This document shows positions 47,319 through 56,581 of a stretch of DNA of 64,000 bases, piece after piece; positions within the stretch are counted from its first letter, which is position 1, and every line of letters begins with the position of its first letter. The translations under genes were made by a program, and so were the position numbers. This DNA is from Opitutia bacterium UBA957. Its GTDB lineage: Bacteria; Verrucomicrobiota; Verrucomicrobiia; Opitutales; UBA953. Location: assembly GCA_002293065.1 (NCBI GenBank), contig DBCN01000140.1, positions 464-64,463 of the forward strand, given 5' to 3'. Below the pieces are notes generated by a model. The model searched no databases. It saw nothing but the letters and a program-made list of their open reading frames with translations, and had not been told where the DNA came from.

Positions 47319-48374
47319 ATGGCTAGCGTAAAGGCCATCACCTTCGATTTGGCCGGGACGGTCCTCTTTCCCCATCCCTCGGTGGGGGCGGTGTATTCCG
47401 CCTGCGCGCGGAAGCATGGCATTGAAGTCGCGGCTGCGGAATTGGAGGGTGCGTTTGCTTCGGCTTTACGCTCGGCCAATAAGCAAGCGAAAGCGGAAGC
47501 CTTTTGGCGCGAGGTGGTCGAACGGACCTTTGGCTCCCACTTGCCCGCCTCCCGGGCCGACGCGGTTTTCAAGGAATGTTGGCACGCCTTCGCCGACGCC
47601 AAGGCTTGGCGCGTCGCCATGGGGATGGTCAGCGTGCTGGGGGCCCTGAAATTCCTCGGCATCAAGGTGGCCGTGCTGTCGAATGCCGATGTCCGCATGC
47701 GTCAGGTGCTGGAACAAAAGGACCTCGCCCGCCATTTCGACGGCATCTACCTCTCGGAGGAGATCGGTTGCGCGAAGCCTGACGCCCGCGCTTACGCCCA
47801 TGCGGCCCGGAGTCTTGGCGTGGCGTTGACGGCGCTGGTGCATGTCGGGGATAGTCCCGTCGAGGACGGCGAAGGCCCACGTAATGCCGGCGCGGTTGGC
47901 GTGATCGTCGGCGGTCGCCATGCGCCCGAAAAATGCCTCCGGGCGGAACGGCTGGCGGAAGTCCCGAAACTGATCCAAGCGCTGCTGACCGAAGGCAAGA
48001 CCAAGGGGAAGTTCTCGCGCCATGTCGTCAACCTGCTCGCGAACCTTCGCGGGGTCCCGGAGGACCGCGGTCGTTCCACGGACCGCGAATTGAAGACGCT
48101 GGATGAAGCGATGGGCGAGGCCTTCAAGAAGATGCGGCTCGATAAGCCGGTCCCGGAGGATGTCATCATCGCCCACTGGAGCGAGTTGCTGCCGATGAAG
48201 CTGGCGCGACGCACGGCGCCTCTGAAGATGGTCGAGGGCGGCCGGCTCGTGATCCAATGCGAGAACGCGGTCATCAAGTCGGAGCTCCGCTTCCACGAAC
48301 GTTCCCTCCTGGCCAAGATCCGCGAATTGCCCGGCTGCACGGAGGTCAAAGCCCTCGCCTTCGTGAACGCCTGA
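47319..48374 (+). CDS. fusion protein: N-terminal HAD-superfamily (IA-type) hydrolase + C-terminal DUF721/DciA-like domain
   Basis: 351-aa single ORF. HAD motifs are ITFDLAGT, VLSNAD, GCAKPD and VGDSPVEDGEG. The C-terminal ~120 aa (IIAHWSELLPMKLARRTAPLKMVEGGRLVIQCENAVIKSELRFHERSLLAKIRELPG...ALAFV) matches the DUF721 pattern. Confidence 0.75.
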   Translation: MASVKAITFDLAGTVLFPHPSVGAVYSACARKHGIEVAAAELEGAFASALRSANKQAKAEAFWREVVERTFGSHLPASRADAVFKECWHAFADAKAWRVAMGMVSVLGALKFLGIKVAVLSNADVRMRQVLEQKDLARHFDGIYLSEEIGCAKPDARAYAHAARSLGVALTALVHVGDSPVEDGEGPRNAGAVGVIVGGRHAPEKCLRAERLAEVPKLIQALLTEGKTKGKFSRHVVNLLANLRGVPEDRGRSTDRELKTLDEAMGEAFKKMRLDKPVPEDVIIAHWSELLPMKLARRTAPLKMVEGGRLVIQCENAVIKSELRFHERSLLAKIRELPGCTEVKALAFVNA

Positions 48375-48770
48375 TCAAGCCTTCGTCTTGGGGTCGAACG
48401 GTTTCAGGAAGGTTTCCTTGAAGTCGTAGACGCCGCCGAAGTCTTCGAGGTTGTCCTCTTCGGAGCGACCGAACAGGCCGGTGCTGATGATGTTGAAGAC
48501 GATGTTGCCGACGTCGTCCGTCTTCTTGAGCCCCCAATTGCTGAGCAACTGGTAGGACATGGGGCCATAGGTCTCGAGGACGTGCTGCCGGAACCCTTCG
48601 AGCAATTGCGGTCCCGTGACATGCCGATTGACCAAGGGCTTCCCTTTCTTGGGTTCGCCGTGGACGATCTTCTGGGCATGGTCGAGGCTGAGGCGGACCA
48701 GGTCGTAGGCTTGCGGGCTGTACCGCTGATCTTTTTCGCGGACTTGCCGGATGGCGTCTTCGAAATCCAT
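48375..48770 (-). CDS. conserved hypothetical protein (resembles the PVC-restricted Minf_1886 family, from memory)
   Basis: The start is at MDFEDAIRQVREKDQRYSPQAYDLV, 1 nt downstream of the hisC stop. 131 aa. The longer track ORF would overlap hisC. Confidence 0.6.
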   Translation of the reverse strand: MDFEDAIRQVREKDQRYSPQAYDLVRLSLDHAQKIVHGEPKKGKPLVNRHVTGPQLLEGFRQHVLETYGPMSYQLLSNWGLKKTDDVGNIVFNIISTGLFGRSEEDNLEDFGGVYDFKETFLKPFDPKTKA

Positions 48771-48771
48771 C

Positions 48772-49872
48772 TCAGCGTTGGGCCAGCTCCGCCAGCAGGC
48801 GGGCGTTTTGGGCGGTGGTCCCCACGGTGAGCCGCAGCCAGCCGACCATGCCGTAGCCACGGAGCGGTCGGACGATGACGCCGGCCTTTTGGAGGCGGGT
48901 GAAGACGGCGTCGGCGTCGGGTATCTTGGCCGCCAGGAAGTTGGCTTTCCCGTCGATGTACTCGTAACCCAAGGCGGTGAGGCCCGCGGCCAACTGCGCC
49001 AAACCGGCGGCGTTCACCTGGCGGGTGCGCTGGACGAACTCGGTGTCGTCGAGGGCGGCTTCGGCGGCGGCCAAGGCTGGTAGGTTGACGTTGAACGGTT
49101 GGCGAACGCGGTTGAGCAGGCCGATGACTTCGGCGGAACCCATCATGTAGCCGACGCGCAAGCCAGCCAAGCCATAGGCTTTGGAGAAGGTTCGCGAGAC
49201 CACCACCTTGCGGCCGGATGCGATGAGGGGCCGAAGGTCAGCCGAGGCATCGAGGTATTCGGCGTAAGCTTCATCGAGGCAGAAGATGACGTGTTCCGGC
49301 AAGGATTCCGCCAGGGCGATGATTTCCTTGGGGTCATCCGTGCCACCGGTGGGGTTGTTTGGGCTGGCGAGGAAGACGAGGCGGGTCCGCTCGGTGACGG
49401 CGGCCCGGAGGGCCTTGAGGTCGTGACGATAGCCCGGCATCGGCACTTCCACCGGCGTGGCGCCGAAGAGCATCGTCGCGAGTTTGTAGACGATGAAGGC
49501 TTGCGAACCGAAGACGACTTCGTCGCCCGCGCGAAGGAAGGCCTGGGCGAGCAAAATCATCACTTCATTCGAGCCATTGCCGACGACGAAATTCTCGGGC
49601 TTCATCACCCAGTGCGACGCCAACTTCTCGCGGAGGAACGTGCAACCACCGTCGGGGTAGAGATGGCAGACCTGCAAGGCCTTCTGGGCGGCGGCCAAGC
49701 CTTTCGGCGATGGCCCCAGGGGGTTCTCGTTGGAAGCCAGCTTGATGACCGATGCCGGGTCCAAACCGAACTCGCGGGCTACGACCTCGATGGGACGGCC
49801 GGCCTCATAGACGGGCTGAGACAGGACGGGCCGATTGGCCAATTCGGAATAAGTCGGCATGGAAGAGACCAT
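48772..49872 (-). CDS. hisC: histidinol-phosphate aminotransferase
   Basis: The start is at MVSSMPTYSEL, or 4 codons later at 49860. The PLP-lysine motif is SRTFSKAYGLAGLRVGY, with ASNENPLGPSP and NPNNPTG also present. Confidence 0.9.
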   Translation of the reverse strand: MVSSMPTYSELANRPVLSQPVYEAGRPIEVVAREFGLDPASVIKLASNENPLGPSPKGLAAAQKALQVCHLYPDGGCTFLREKLASHWVMKPENFVVGNGSNEVMILLAQAFLRAGDEVVFGSQAFIVYKLATMLFGATPVEVPMPGYRHDLKALRAAVTERTRLVFLASPNNPTGGTDDPKEIIALAESLPEHVIFCLDEAYAEYLDASADLRPLIASGRKVVVSRTFSKAYGLAGLRVGYMMGSAEVIGLLNRVRQPFNVNLPALAAAEAALDDTEFVQRTRQVNAAGLAQLAAGLTALGYEYIDGKANFLAAKIPDADAVFTRLQKAGVIVRPLRGYGMVGWLRLTVGTTAQNARLLAELAQR

Positions 49873-49956
49873 CAAGGCTGCTCCTGACCGCTTTGGCAAG
49901 CGTGAGCCACACCCTCCCCGCTTGCCTCCGAGCCCGTAAACGCTACTTTTGATGCG

Positions 49957-50922
49957 ATGCGGATGATCGTCACAGGCGCCAATGGTTTTGCCGGCCGCGA
50001 GGTCGTTTTGGCGGCGTTGCGCCGTGGGCATGAGGTCCTAGCCATCGGCGGTTCCAAGGCGGCGGTCGTACCCGACCTCCAGCGGTCGATCACGATGGAC
50101 CTCCGCGATGTCGCGGCCGTGCAGTCCCTCATGCTCGAGGAGTTTCCGCAGGCCGTGATCAACTGCGCCGCCCTCGCGAGCATCGATGGCTGCGATCGCG
50201 AGCCGGAAAAGGCGGAAGCGTTGAACGTCGATCTCCCCCGCCGCTTGGCGCAGCTTTCCTTTCACGTCGGCGCCAAATTCATCCACCTTTCGACCGACAT
50301 GGTGTTCGACGGCGAGGCCGGACGGTACGGCAATACGGCGGCGCCCGCTCCGTTGCATCTCTACGGTCGCACCAAGGCGGCCGGCGAAGTCGAAGTCCTC
50401 AAGTACGGTCGCGAGCACGCGGCGGTGATTCGGACTACTTTGCTCAACGGCAATTCCGGCACGGGCGATCGCGGGCTCCACGAACGGCTTTTCAAGGATT
50501 GGGCCGCCGGCAAACAGACGCCGCTGTTCACGGATGAGATTCGCCAGCCGGTCAGCTTGAGCAATTTGGCCGATGCGGCGGTGGAGCTGTGCGAGCGCCC
50601 CAACCTCTCGGGGGTCTATCACTGGGCCGGCCTCGAACCGCTCAGTCGTTTCGAGATGGGGGTGAAGGTGGCCGAACACTTCGGGCTCGATCCGGAGAAA
50701 CTCATCCGCCCCGCGCAACGGTGCGACGTGCCGCAACTCGGCCCGCGCCCGCGTGATTTAAGTCTGCAGCTGCACCCGCTCGCGGGCAAGCTGCGCACCC
50801 CCGCCCAGCCCTTTGCGGACCAGTTGAACGAACTGCGCATCCCCCGTGGCGCCGAAACATGGTACGAACAGGCCACGGGCCGAAAGGTCGTGCGTTTGTT
50901 GGAAAAAGGCATAGACTTCTGA
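49957..50922 (+). CDS. RmlD-type (dTDP-4-dehydrorhamnose reductase family) SDR oxidoreductase
   Basis: 321 aa. Motifs are MRMIVTGANGFAGREV, HLSTDMVFDG and LYGRTKAAGE (YxxxK). Confidence 0.75.
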   Translation: MRMIVTGANGFAGREVVLAALRRGHEVLAIGGSKAAVVPDLQRSITMDLRDVAAVQSLMLEEFPQAVINCAALASIDGCDREPEKAEALNVDLPRRLAQLSFHVGAKFIHLSTDMVFDGEAGRYGNTAAPAPLHLYGRTKAAGEVEVLKYGREHAAVIRTTLLNGNSGTGDRGLHERLFKDWAAGKQTPLFTDEIRQPVSLSNLADAAVELCERPNLSGVYHWAGLEPLSRFEMGVKVAEHFGLDPEKLIRPAQRCDVPQLGPRPRDLSLQLHPLAGKLRTPAQPFADQLNELRIPRGAETWYEQATGRKVVRLLEKGIDF

Positions 50923-50923
50923 G

Positions 50924-51619
50924 ATGGACGTTCTTCCCCGCCAAGCCGCCGATGCCGTCGCGAACATGGCCGCGGACCTGCTCTTGCTGGAAAAGTATCC
51001 GCACCCCGAGCGCGTCCGTTACCGGCCGTTCGCGTGGTCCGTGCCAGCCTTCACGTTTGGTATCTCGCAGAAGTGGGCGACCTACCGGGCGCTCGTGCCC
51101 GCCAACGCCCAACTGGTGCGTCGCGCCACGGGCGGCGGGTTGGTCTCGCACCTGGAGGATTGGACGTTTGCGGTGGTGCTGCCGACTGGTCACCCGCTGT
51201 ACGAAGCCGATGCCATGGCAAGCTACGCGGCCGTGCACCAAGCCTTGGCCGAAGCGCTCTTGGCCCAAGGTCAGCCCGTCAAGCTGGCGCCCCTGCCCGC
51301 GGGTTCACGTCCCTTCCAGTCGCCGGACAACTGCGCCCAACGGGCTGAGCCCAATGACCTGGTCCGGTCGGATGACGGCCGGAAAGTCGCCGGCGCCGCC
51401 CAAAAACGCACGCGGCACGGCTTGCTCTTGGAAGGTTATGTCTGGCGGCCCTTCCTGCCGGGCTGCGACTGGAACCGCTTCGAGAAGGATTTCCCCGTGG
51501 CCCTGGGCAAGGTGCTGCAAAGCCCCCCCGTCGCCGTCACGGAACCGATCTACGATCAGCACGACCACGAGGAAACGTGGGCGCAGTTCAATTCCACGGA
51601 CTGGAATCAGCGCATCTGA
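50924..51619 (+). CDS. biotin/lipoate A/B protein ligase family protein (LplA/LipM-like catalytic domain only)
   Basis: 231 aa. Motifs are VRRATGGGLVSH and the lysine motif RKVAGAAQKRTRHGLLLEG. It starts 1 nt after the preceding stop. Confidence 0.75.
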   Translation: MDVLPRQAADAVANMAADLLLLEKYPHPERVRYRPFAWSVPAFTFGISQKWATYRALVPANAQLVRRATGGGLVSHLEDWTFAVVLPTGHPLYEADAMASYAAVHQALAEALLAQGQPVKLAPLPAGSRPFQSPDNCAQRAEPNDLVRSDDGRKVAGAAQKRTRHGLLLEGYVWRPFLPGCDWNRFEKDFPVALGKVLQSPPVAVTEPIYDQHDHEETWAQFNSTDWNQRI

Positions 51620-51620
51620 C

Positions 51621-54194
51621 TCAACCGAAGAGGTCGAGCTCAGGACCCGCCGCGTCTTTCTTCGGCGTGGGTTTCGGCGTCTTCGGCGTGGCGACCGGCT
51701 TCTTGGTGGGGGCCGCTTCCTGCGGAGTCAGCGTGACTTGGGCGATTTCGACCGATTTCTGCACGGGCAGACCTGCGCCGGTTTCCAAGCCGGATAAGAT
51801 GTGGCGAGCCCGCGACACCACGGTGGGCGGCATGCCGGCGAGGCGGGCCACTTGGATGCCGTAGGAACGATCGGCGGCGCCGGGCACGACGCGACGGACG
51901 AAGACGATCTCATCCTGCCACTCCTTGACCGCGACCGACCAATTGCGCAGCCGCGGCAAGAGCCCGGTCAATTGGGTCAACTCGTGGTAATGGGTGGCGA
52001 AGAGCGTGCGCGGTCCCGCCGGACCCGTCCCATGGAGATGCTCGGCCACGGCCCACGCGATGCTGATGCCGTCATAGGTGCTGGTGCCGCGGCCGATTTC
52101 ATCGAGGACGACCAACGAGCGTACCGTGGCGTTGTTGAGGATGTTGGAGGTTTCGTTCATCTCGACCATGAAGGTCGAGTTGCCGCGGGCGAGTTCATCG
52201 GAGGCGCCGACGCGACAGAAGATGCGATCGACCAAGCCGATGTGCGCGGCCTGCGCCGGGACCCAACAGCCGAGGTGGGCCAACAAGGCGATCAAGGCGA
52301 CCTGGCGGATGTACGTCGACTTGCCGGCCATGTTCGGGCCCGTCAGCAAGGCGATCTGTTCGCCGCCGCTGCTGAGGCGGGTGTCGTTCGGCACGAAGGA
52401 ACCCGCGCCCGGGCGGGCCTGCAGCATGCGCTCGACGACGGGGTGGCGGCCTTGGGTGATCTCGAGGACAGCGGAGTCGTCGACGGTTGGGCGGACCCAG
52501 TGGGCTTCGCGGGCGAGTTCCGCCCAGCCACGCAGGATGTCGACTTCGGCGATCGCATTAGCCGTCGCGAGCAGCGATTCGGTGGCGGTGAGGACTTCGG
52601 CGAGCAGCGCCTGGAAGAGCTCGGTCTCGCGGGCCAAGGCCTGTTCATCGGCCCGCAGGACTTCACGTTCCTTCGCGCGAAGTTCCTCCGTGGTGAAACG
52701 CTCCGCGTTCACCATGGTCTGCTTGCGGATATAGTCGGCGGGGACGGCCGCCAAATTGGCCTTGGTGATCTCAATGGCGTACCCGAAGGCACCGTTATAA
52801 CGAACCTTCAGGGATTTGATGCCGGTCCGCGCCTGCTCCTGCCGCTCGAAATCGGCGATCCAGGTTTTGCTGTCGGTCGCCAACGACCGGAGTCGGTCGA
52901 GTTCGGCATCGTACCCGACGCGGAGCGCCCCGCCTTCGGTGAGGTCCACCGGGAGCTCCTCGGCCAAGGCGGCCGTGAGTTTGCCGAGCAGGGGCGATTC
53001 CAGGGAGATGCGTCCCGCACAGGCCTGCAGGGCGCCGCCGGGCAAGGCCGTGAGTTCTTCCTTCAGCAATGGCAAAGCATGCAGGGTATCCTTGATCCCG
53101 CCGAGTTCGCGCGGGTTGCGGAGGCGGTTCTGGAGACGCGCGAGGATGCGGGGCACGTCGCGGACGTTCTTCAAGGATTCGCCGATCCGCGACGAAGCCC
53201 CCGCATGCTTGAAGAATTCGCCGACGGCGGCTTGGCGGCCATGGATCACGGCCAGGTCGGTCGAGGGCTCGGCGAGCCACATCGCCAATTGGCGCGCACC
53301 GGCCGGGGTCGAGGTCTTGTCGATGGCTTCCAGCAACGAAGTCTCCCGCGAGCCGTTGGTCGCGGCGAATAGCTCGAGGTTGCGCGAGGACGCGGCGTCC
53401 AGCAGGACGGCGGCGCCCAGTTTGGCCTCGATCAGGCGGAAGAGGTTCTTGGGGCGGTCGCAGAGCGAGTCGGTGACGTAGCCCAGCACGGCGCCCGCGG
53501 TGCCCAGCGCGGGATGTTCATCGGTCAGGCCAAAGCCGGCCAAGCCATGCACGGCGAGCGTCTGGGCGACCAGGCGTGCTCCCGCGGGCCCTTCGAAGTT
53601 CCAGCCCGGCAGGCGCGAGACCGCCCTACCCTGCATGAAGACCTCGAAGGCTTCACGGAATTCGGCAGGTGGTTCCAGCCCTTCCGGTAGGATGACTTCG
53701 CGCGGACCGACCGAATGCAACAGAGGCAAAAGGCGTTGCGGGGTCAGGTCGGTGGCGAGGCGAAAGTCCGCCGTCGATACGTCGAGCCAAGCGGCATGCC
53801 AACCGTGCTTATCCCAAGACAGCGCCGCCAGGTAGTTTCCGCGGCGTGAATCCAGTTGCGAGTCTTCCAAGGCCGTTCCCGGCGTCAGGATGCGGGTGAG
53901 GCCGCGACGGACCAGCTTGCCCGTGACCGGCGCCTCCAGTTGATCGCAGATGGCGACCTTCCAGCCGGCGGCGAGGAGGCGGTTAACGTAGGCGGGGGCC
54001 GCATGGTAAGGCAGTCCGGCCATGGGGGTCTCATGGCGCTTCGTGAGCGTCAGGCCCAAGACCTTGGAGGCGATTTCGGCATCCTCGCCAAAGACTTCGT
54101 AGAAATCCCCTAACCGAAAAAGCAGGATGGTCCCGCTCGCGAGTTTCTCTCGGAACTCGCGGTACTGACGCTGCATGGGGGTCTCCTGGGCCAC
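51621..54194 (-). CDS. mutS: DNA mismatch repair protein MutS
   Basis: 857 aa. The N-terminus is TPMQRQYREFREK and the Walker A motif is LLTGPNMAGKSTYIRQ. The ABC signature region is STFMVEM, with DEIGRGTSTYDG also present. Confidence 0.97.
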   Translation of the reverse strand: MAQETPMQRQYREFREKLASGTILLFRLGDFYEVFGEDAEIASKVLGLTLTKRHETPMAGLPYHAAPAYVNRLLAAGWKVAICDQLEAPVTGKLVRRGLTRILTPGTALEDSQLDSRRGNYLAALSWDKHGWHAAWLDVSTADFRLATDLTPQRLLPLLHSVGPREVILPEGLEPPAEFREAFEVFMQGRAVSRLPGWNFEGPAGARLVAQTLAVHGLAGFGLTDEHPALGTAGAVLGYVTDSLCDRPKNLFRLIEAKLGAAVLLDAASSRNLELFAATNGSRETSLLEAIDKTSTPAGARQLAMWLAEPSTDLAVIHGRQAAVGEFFKHAGASSRIGESLKNVRDVPRILARLQNRLRNPRELGGIKDTLHALPLLKEELTALPGGALQACAGRISLESPLLGKLTAALAEELPVDLTEGGALRVGYDAELDRLRSLATDSKTWIADFERQEQARTGIKSLKVRYNGAFGYAIEITKANLAAVPADYIRKQTMVNAERFTTEELRAKEREVLRADEQALARETELFQALLAEVLTATESLLATANAIAEVDILRGWAELAREAHWVRPTVDDSAVLEITQGRHPVVERMLQARPGAGSFVPNDTRLSSGGEQIALLTGPNMAGKSTYIRQVALIALLAHLGCWVPAQAAHIGLVDRIFCRVGASDELARGNSTFMVEMNETSNILNNATVRSLVVLDEIGRGTSTYDGISIAWAVAEHLHGTGPAGPRTLFATHYHELTQLTGLLPRLRNWSVAVKEWQDEIVFVRRVVPGAADRSYGIQVARLAGMPPTVVSRARHILSGLETGAGLPVQKSVEIAQVTLTPQEAAPTKKPVATPKTPKPTPKKDAAGPELDLFG

Positions 54195-54271
54195 GATGAG
54201 AAGCGAAAGCCCTCGGAGGAGGTCGGCAAGGACGGACTGCGTTCCTCAGGGGGTTGCCCCAAGGAAGTTGC

Positions 54272-55843
54272 TCACATCAGCTGGGAAGCCAGTTCGGACA
54301 AGACGCTGCGGACGCCATGCAACAGCCGGACATTGGCCGTGATGGCGTGGCCTTTCATGCGTTCGTGCGTGTGGATGAGGCCGTTGGACTTGCCGTCCAG
54401 GTAAGGGGTGTCGACCTGATCCAAGTCGCCGATGAGGACGAGCTTGGAGCCTTCGCCGATGCGCGTGATGACCGTCTTGGCCTCGTGGGGTGTCATGTTC
54501 TGCGCTTCGTCGACGATCATGAACGCGTGCCCGATGGAGCGCCCGCGGATGAACGTCATCGCCTCGATCTCAATCAGGCCGGAGTCGATCAACCACTGGT
54601 AGGGCTTGCGGGGCTGACCGACCTGCTGGAATTGGGAACCGAAGATGGGCTGCGCCGCCTTCATGGCCTGGGCCTTCTTCTGCTTCCGTTGCGAGTCCGT
54701 GGCCACCAGGGCCTTGCTCGAGGGTGCCACCTGCGGAGCCGCCGGGGCGCCATTGCGGGAAAAGAGCACTTCGAGGTTATCGAAGTACGGCTGGATGTAG
54801 GGCGAAAGTTTCTCCTCCTTGGTGCCGGGTAAGGCGCCGATGTCCTTGCCGATCTGGACGACGGGGCGGGACACGTAGAGCTTCTTGTAGGGCGAGAAGT
54901 CGCTGAGGACTTGCGAAAGCGCGGCGGCGATGGACAGGAAGGTCTTGCCGGTGCCGGCCCGACCGAAGCAGGTCACCAGTTTGATGTCCGGGTTGAGCAG
55001 CGCATCCAGGAAGATCCACTGTTCGAAGTTCTTGGGGATGACGCGCATGCCGCGGGGCATCTGCAGTCCTTTCCGGGCGCCGCTGTCCGTCGAGAGGAAT
55101 TCGCGGTAGAGCCCCAGCGGGACGAAAACATTTTCACCCACGTGCCGGGCCGGTTCGCTCCAATCGCTGGAGGTCAGCATCACGTATTCATTGATGGCGG
55201 GAATGGCCTCCCCCTTGAGTTTCACCTCGACCTGGGCGAGTTCCTTGAAATCGCGCATCGCGGCGGCCGTGACGGCGACGGTCTTGTAGTCGCCGACGTC
55301 GCTGGTTTCGATGCGGTCGTTGCGGTAGTCCTGGACTTCGAGGCCAAGCGCTTGGGCCTTCAAGGCCATGCAGGCGTCCTTGGTGACGAGGATGACCGGC
55401 CCCTTGGTGGTGTCGCGCAGGTAGAGGGCGGACGCGATGATGCGGTGATCCGGGGCATCGACCTGCATGAAGACCGCCCGCAGACGCTCGGAGCGCTCGC
55501 CGTTGAAGTGCTCGCGGATGAGCGAGTCGTTGATCACGACGCGCAGCTCGCCGCCGTCGCGCAGCTTGGCGTGCAGGGCGCCGGGCTTGGCGGGATCGCC
55601 TTCCGCGATTTCCTTCAGGGCGCGGTTCTCGAAGAGCGCCCGGATCGAGCGGTTGACGCGCCGCGCACTGGCGCCGAGCTGACCCGGTTGGGTCTTCAGG
55701 CGATCGAGTTCCGACAGCACTTCCACCGGCACCGCCACGGTGTGTTCGTCGAACTTGAACAGCGATTCGGGGTCATGAATCAAAACGTTCGTATCCAACA
55801 CGTAGGTTTTCTTCACGAACGTAAGTGTCTTCTTTTTGGCCAT
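54272..55843 (-). CDS. PhoH-family ATPase with an N-terminal PIN domain (YlaK type)
   Basis: 523 aa. The PIN motif is YVLDTNVLIHDP, the Walker A motif is GRAGTGKTFLSIAAAL and the Walker B motif is FMIVDEAQN. Confidence 0.9.
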   Translation of the reverse strand: MAKKKTLTFVKKTYVLDTNVLIHDPESLFKFDEHTVAVPVEVLSELDRLKTQPGQLGASARRVNRSIRALFENRALKEIAEGDPAKPGALHAKLRDGGELRVVINDSLIREHFNGERSERLRAVFMQVDAPDHRIIASALYLRDTTKGPVILVTKDACMALKAQALGLEVQDYRNDRIETSDVGDYKTVAVTAAAMRDFKELAQVEVKLKGEAIPAINEYVMLTSSDWSEPARHVGENVFVPLGLYREFLSTDSGARKGLQMPRGMRVIPKNFEQWIFLDALLNPDIKLVTCFGRAGTGKTFLSIAAALSQVLSDFSPYKKLYVSRPVVQIGKDIGALPGTKEEKLSPYIQPYFDNLEVLFSRNGAPAAPQVAPSSKALVATDSQRKQKKAQAMKAAQPIFGSQFQQVGQPRKPYQWLIDSGLIEIEAMTFIRGRSIGHAFMIVDEAQNMTPHEAKTVITRIGEGSKLVLIGDLDQVDTPYLDGKSNGLIHTHERMKGHAITANVRLLHGVRSVLSELASQLM

Positions 55844-55864
55844 GGTCGCAATCCGTAAAAAACT

Positions 55865-56170
55865 TTATTTCGCGTCGGCCGCGATGGACCGGAGGTAATC
55901 CCAACTATAGATCCCGGTCCGATGCCCGTCGCTGAACTCGAAGGTCACGGCATAGTTACCGACGCGTTGCATTCCGAGGACGGTGACGCCAGGGAACTGC
56001 CGCGGCCCGTCCCCGCCCCAGCGCTGGCCCAGGATGTCGACCTCGCCCATGTTCTCGGCGCTGGGGGAACGTTCGCGGAGGAACTCCCCCGTGAGAAAGT
56101 GCTCTTGGCCGTCCTCCCAGGTCACCGCCACAAATGCACCGACCAACTGGATGTCCCGGGGGGAAGCCAT
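55865..56170 (-). CDS. DUF971-family protein
   Basis: 101 aa starting at MASPRDIQLVG. The pattern is VTWEDGQEHFLTGEFLRE...YAVTFEFSDGHRTGIYSWDYLRSI. The longer track ORF to 56512 is antisense to ybaB. Confidence 0.65.
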   Translation of the reverse strand: MASPRDIQLVGAFVAVTWEDGQEHFLTGEFLRERSPSAENMGEVDILGQRWGGDGPRQFPGVTVLGMQRVGNYAVTFEFSDGHRTGIYSWDYLRSIAADAK

Positions 56171-56267
56171 GGCGCAAGGTCTGACGGCTTTCCGCCCCGC
56201 TCGCAAGCCGGGACGTCGGTGGGTCGCCCTTGACTCATCGCCGAGGCTGGTCGAATGTGACGGCACT

Positions 56268-56573
56268 ATGGCAGGCGTAGGCAAACTCCTCAAACAGGCC
56301 CAGAAGATGCAACGCGGCATCGCCGAGGTCCAACAACGTCTGGGCGAGCAACGCCTGGAGGTCTCCCATGGCGGCGGCGCCATCAAGGTCACCGTCAACG
56401 GCCATGGCTTGGTCGTCGGCTTGGCCATCGACCCCGAGTTCCTCAAGGAGGACAAGGCGATCGTGGAGACGGCCCTGGTGGCCGCCTTGCAAGAAGCCTC
56501 GACCAAGGCCAAGGAAATCTACGATGCGGAGATGTCCAAGGCCACGGCGGGCTTCTCCCTGCCCGGGCTTTGA
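56268..56573 (+). CDS. ybaB: YbaB/EbfC-family nucleoid-associated protein
   Basis: 101 aa. The sequence is MAGVGKLLKQAQKMQRGIAEVQQRL...GGGAIKVTVNGHGLVVGLAIDPEFL. Confidence 0.9.
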   Translation: MAGVGKLLKQAQKMQRGIAEVQQRLGEQRLEVSHGGGAIKVTVNGHGLVVGLAIDPEFLKEDKAIVETALVAALQEASTKAKEIYDAEMSKATAGFSLPGL

Positions 56574-56581
56574 TCTAGCCC

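Noticed and set aside
56171-56267. Possible SRP RNA (ffs) upstream of ybaB-recR, as in some bacteria where scRNA precedes dnaX-ybaB-recR.
   Set aside because: The 97-nt spacer has a GGC-GGAAA-GCC hairpin on the minus strand. The conserved domain IV arrangement (GGUCA on the 5' side, AGCA on the 3' side of a GNRA loop) is not present in the right order on either strand. The region is more simply a divergent promoter.
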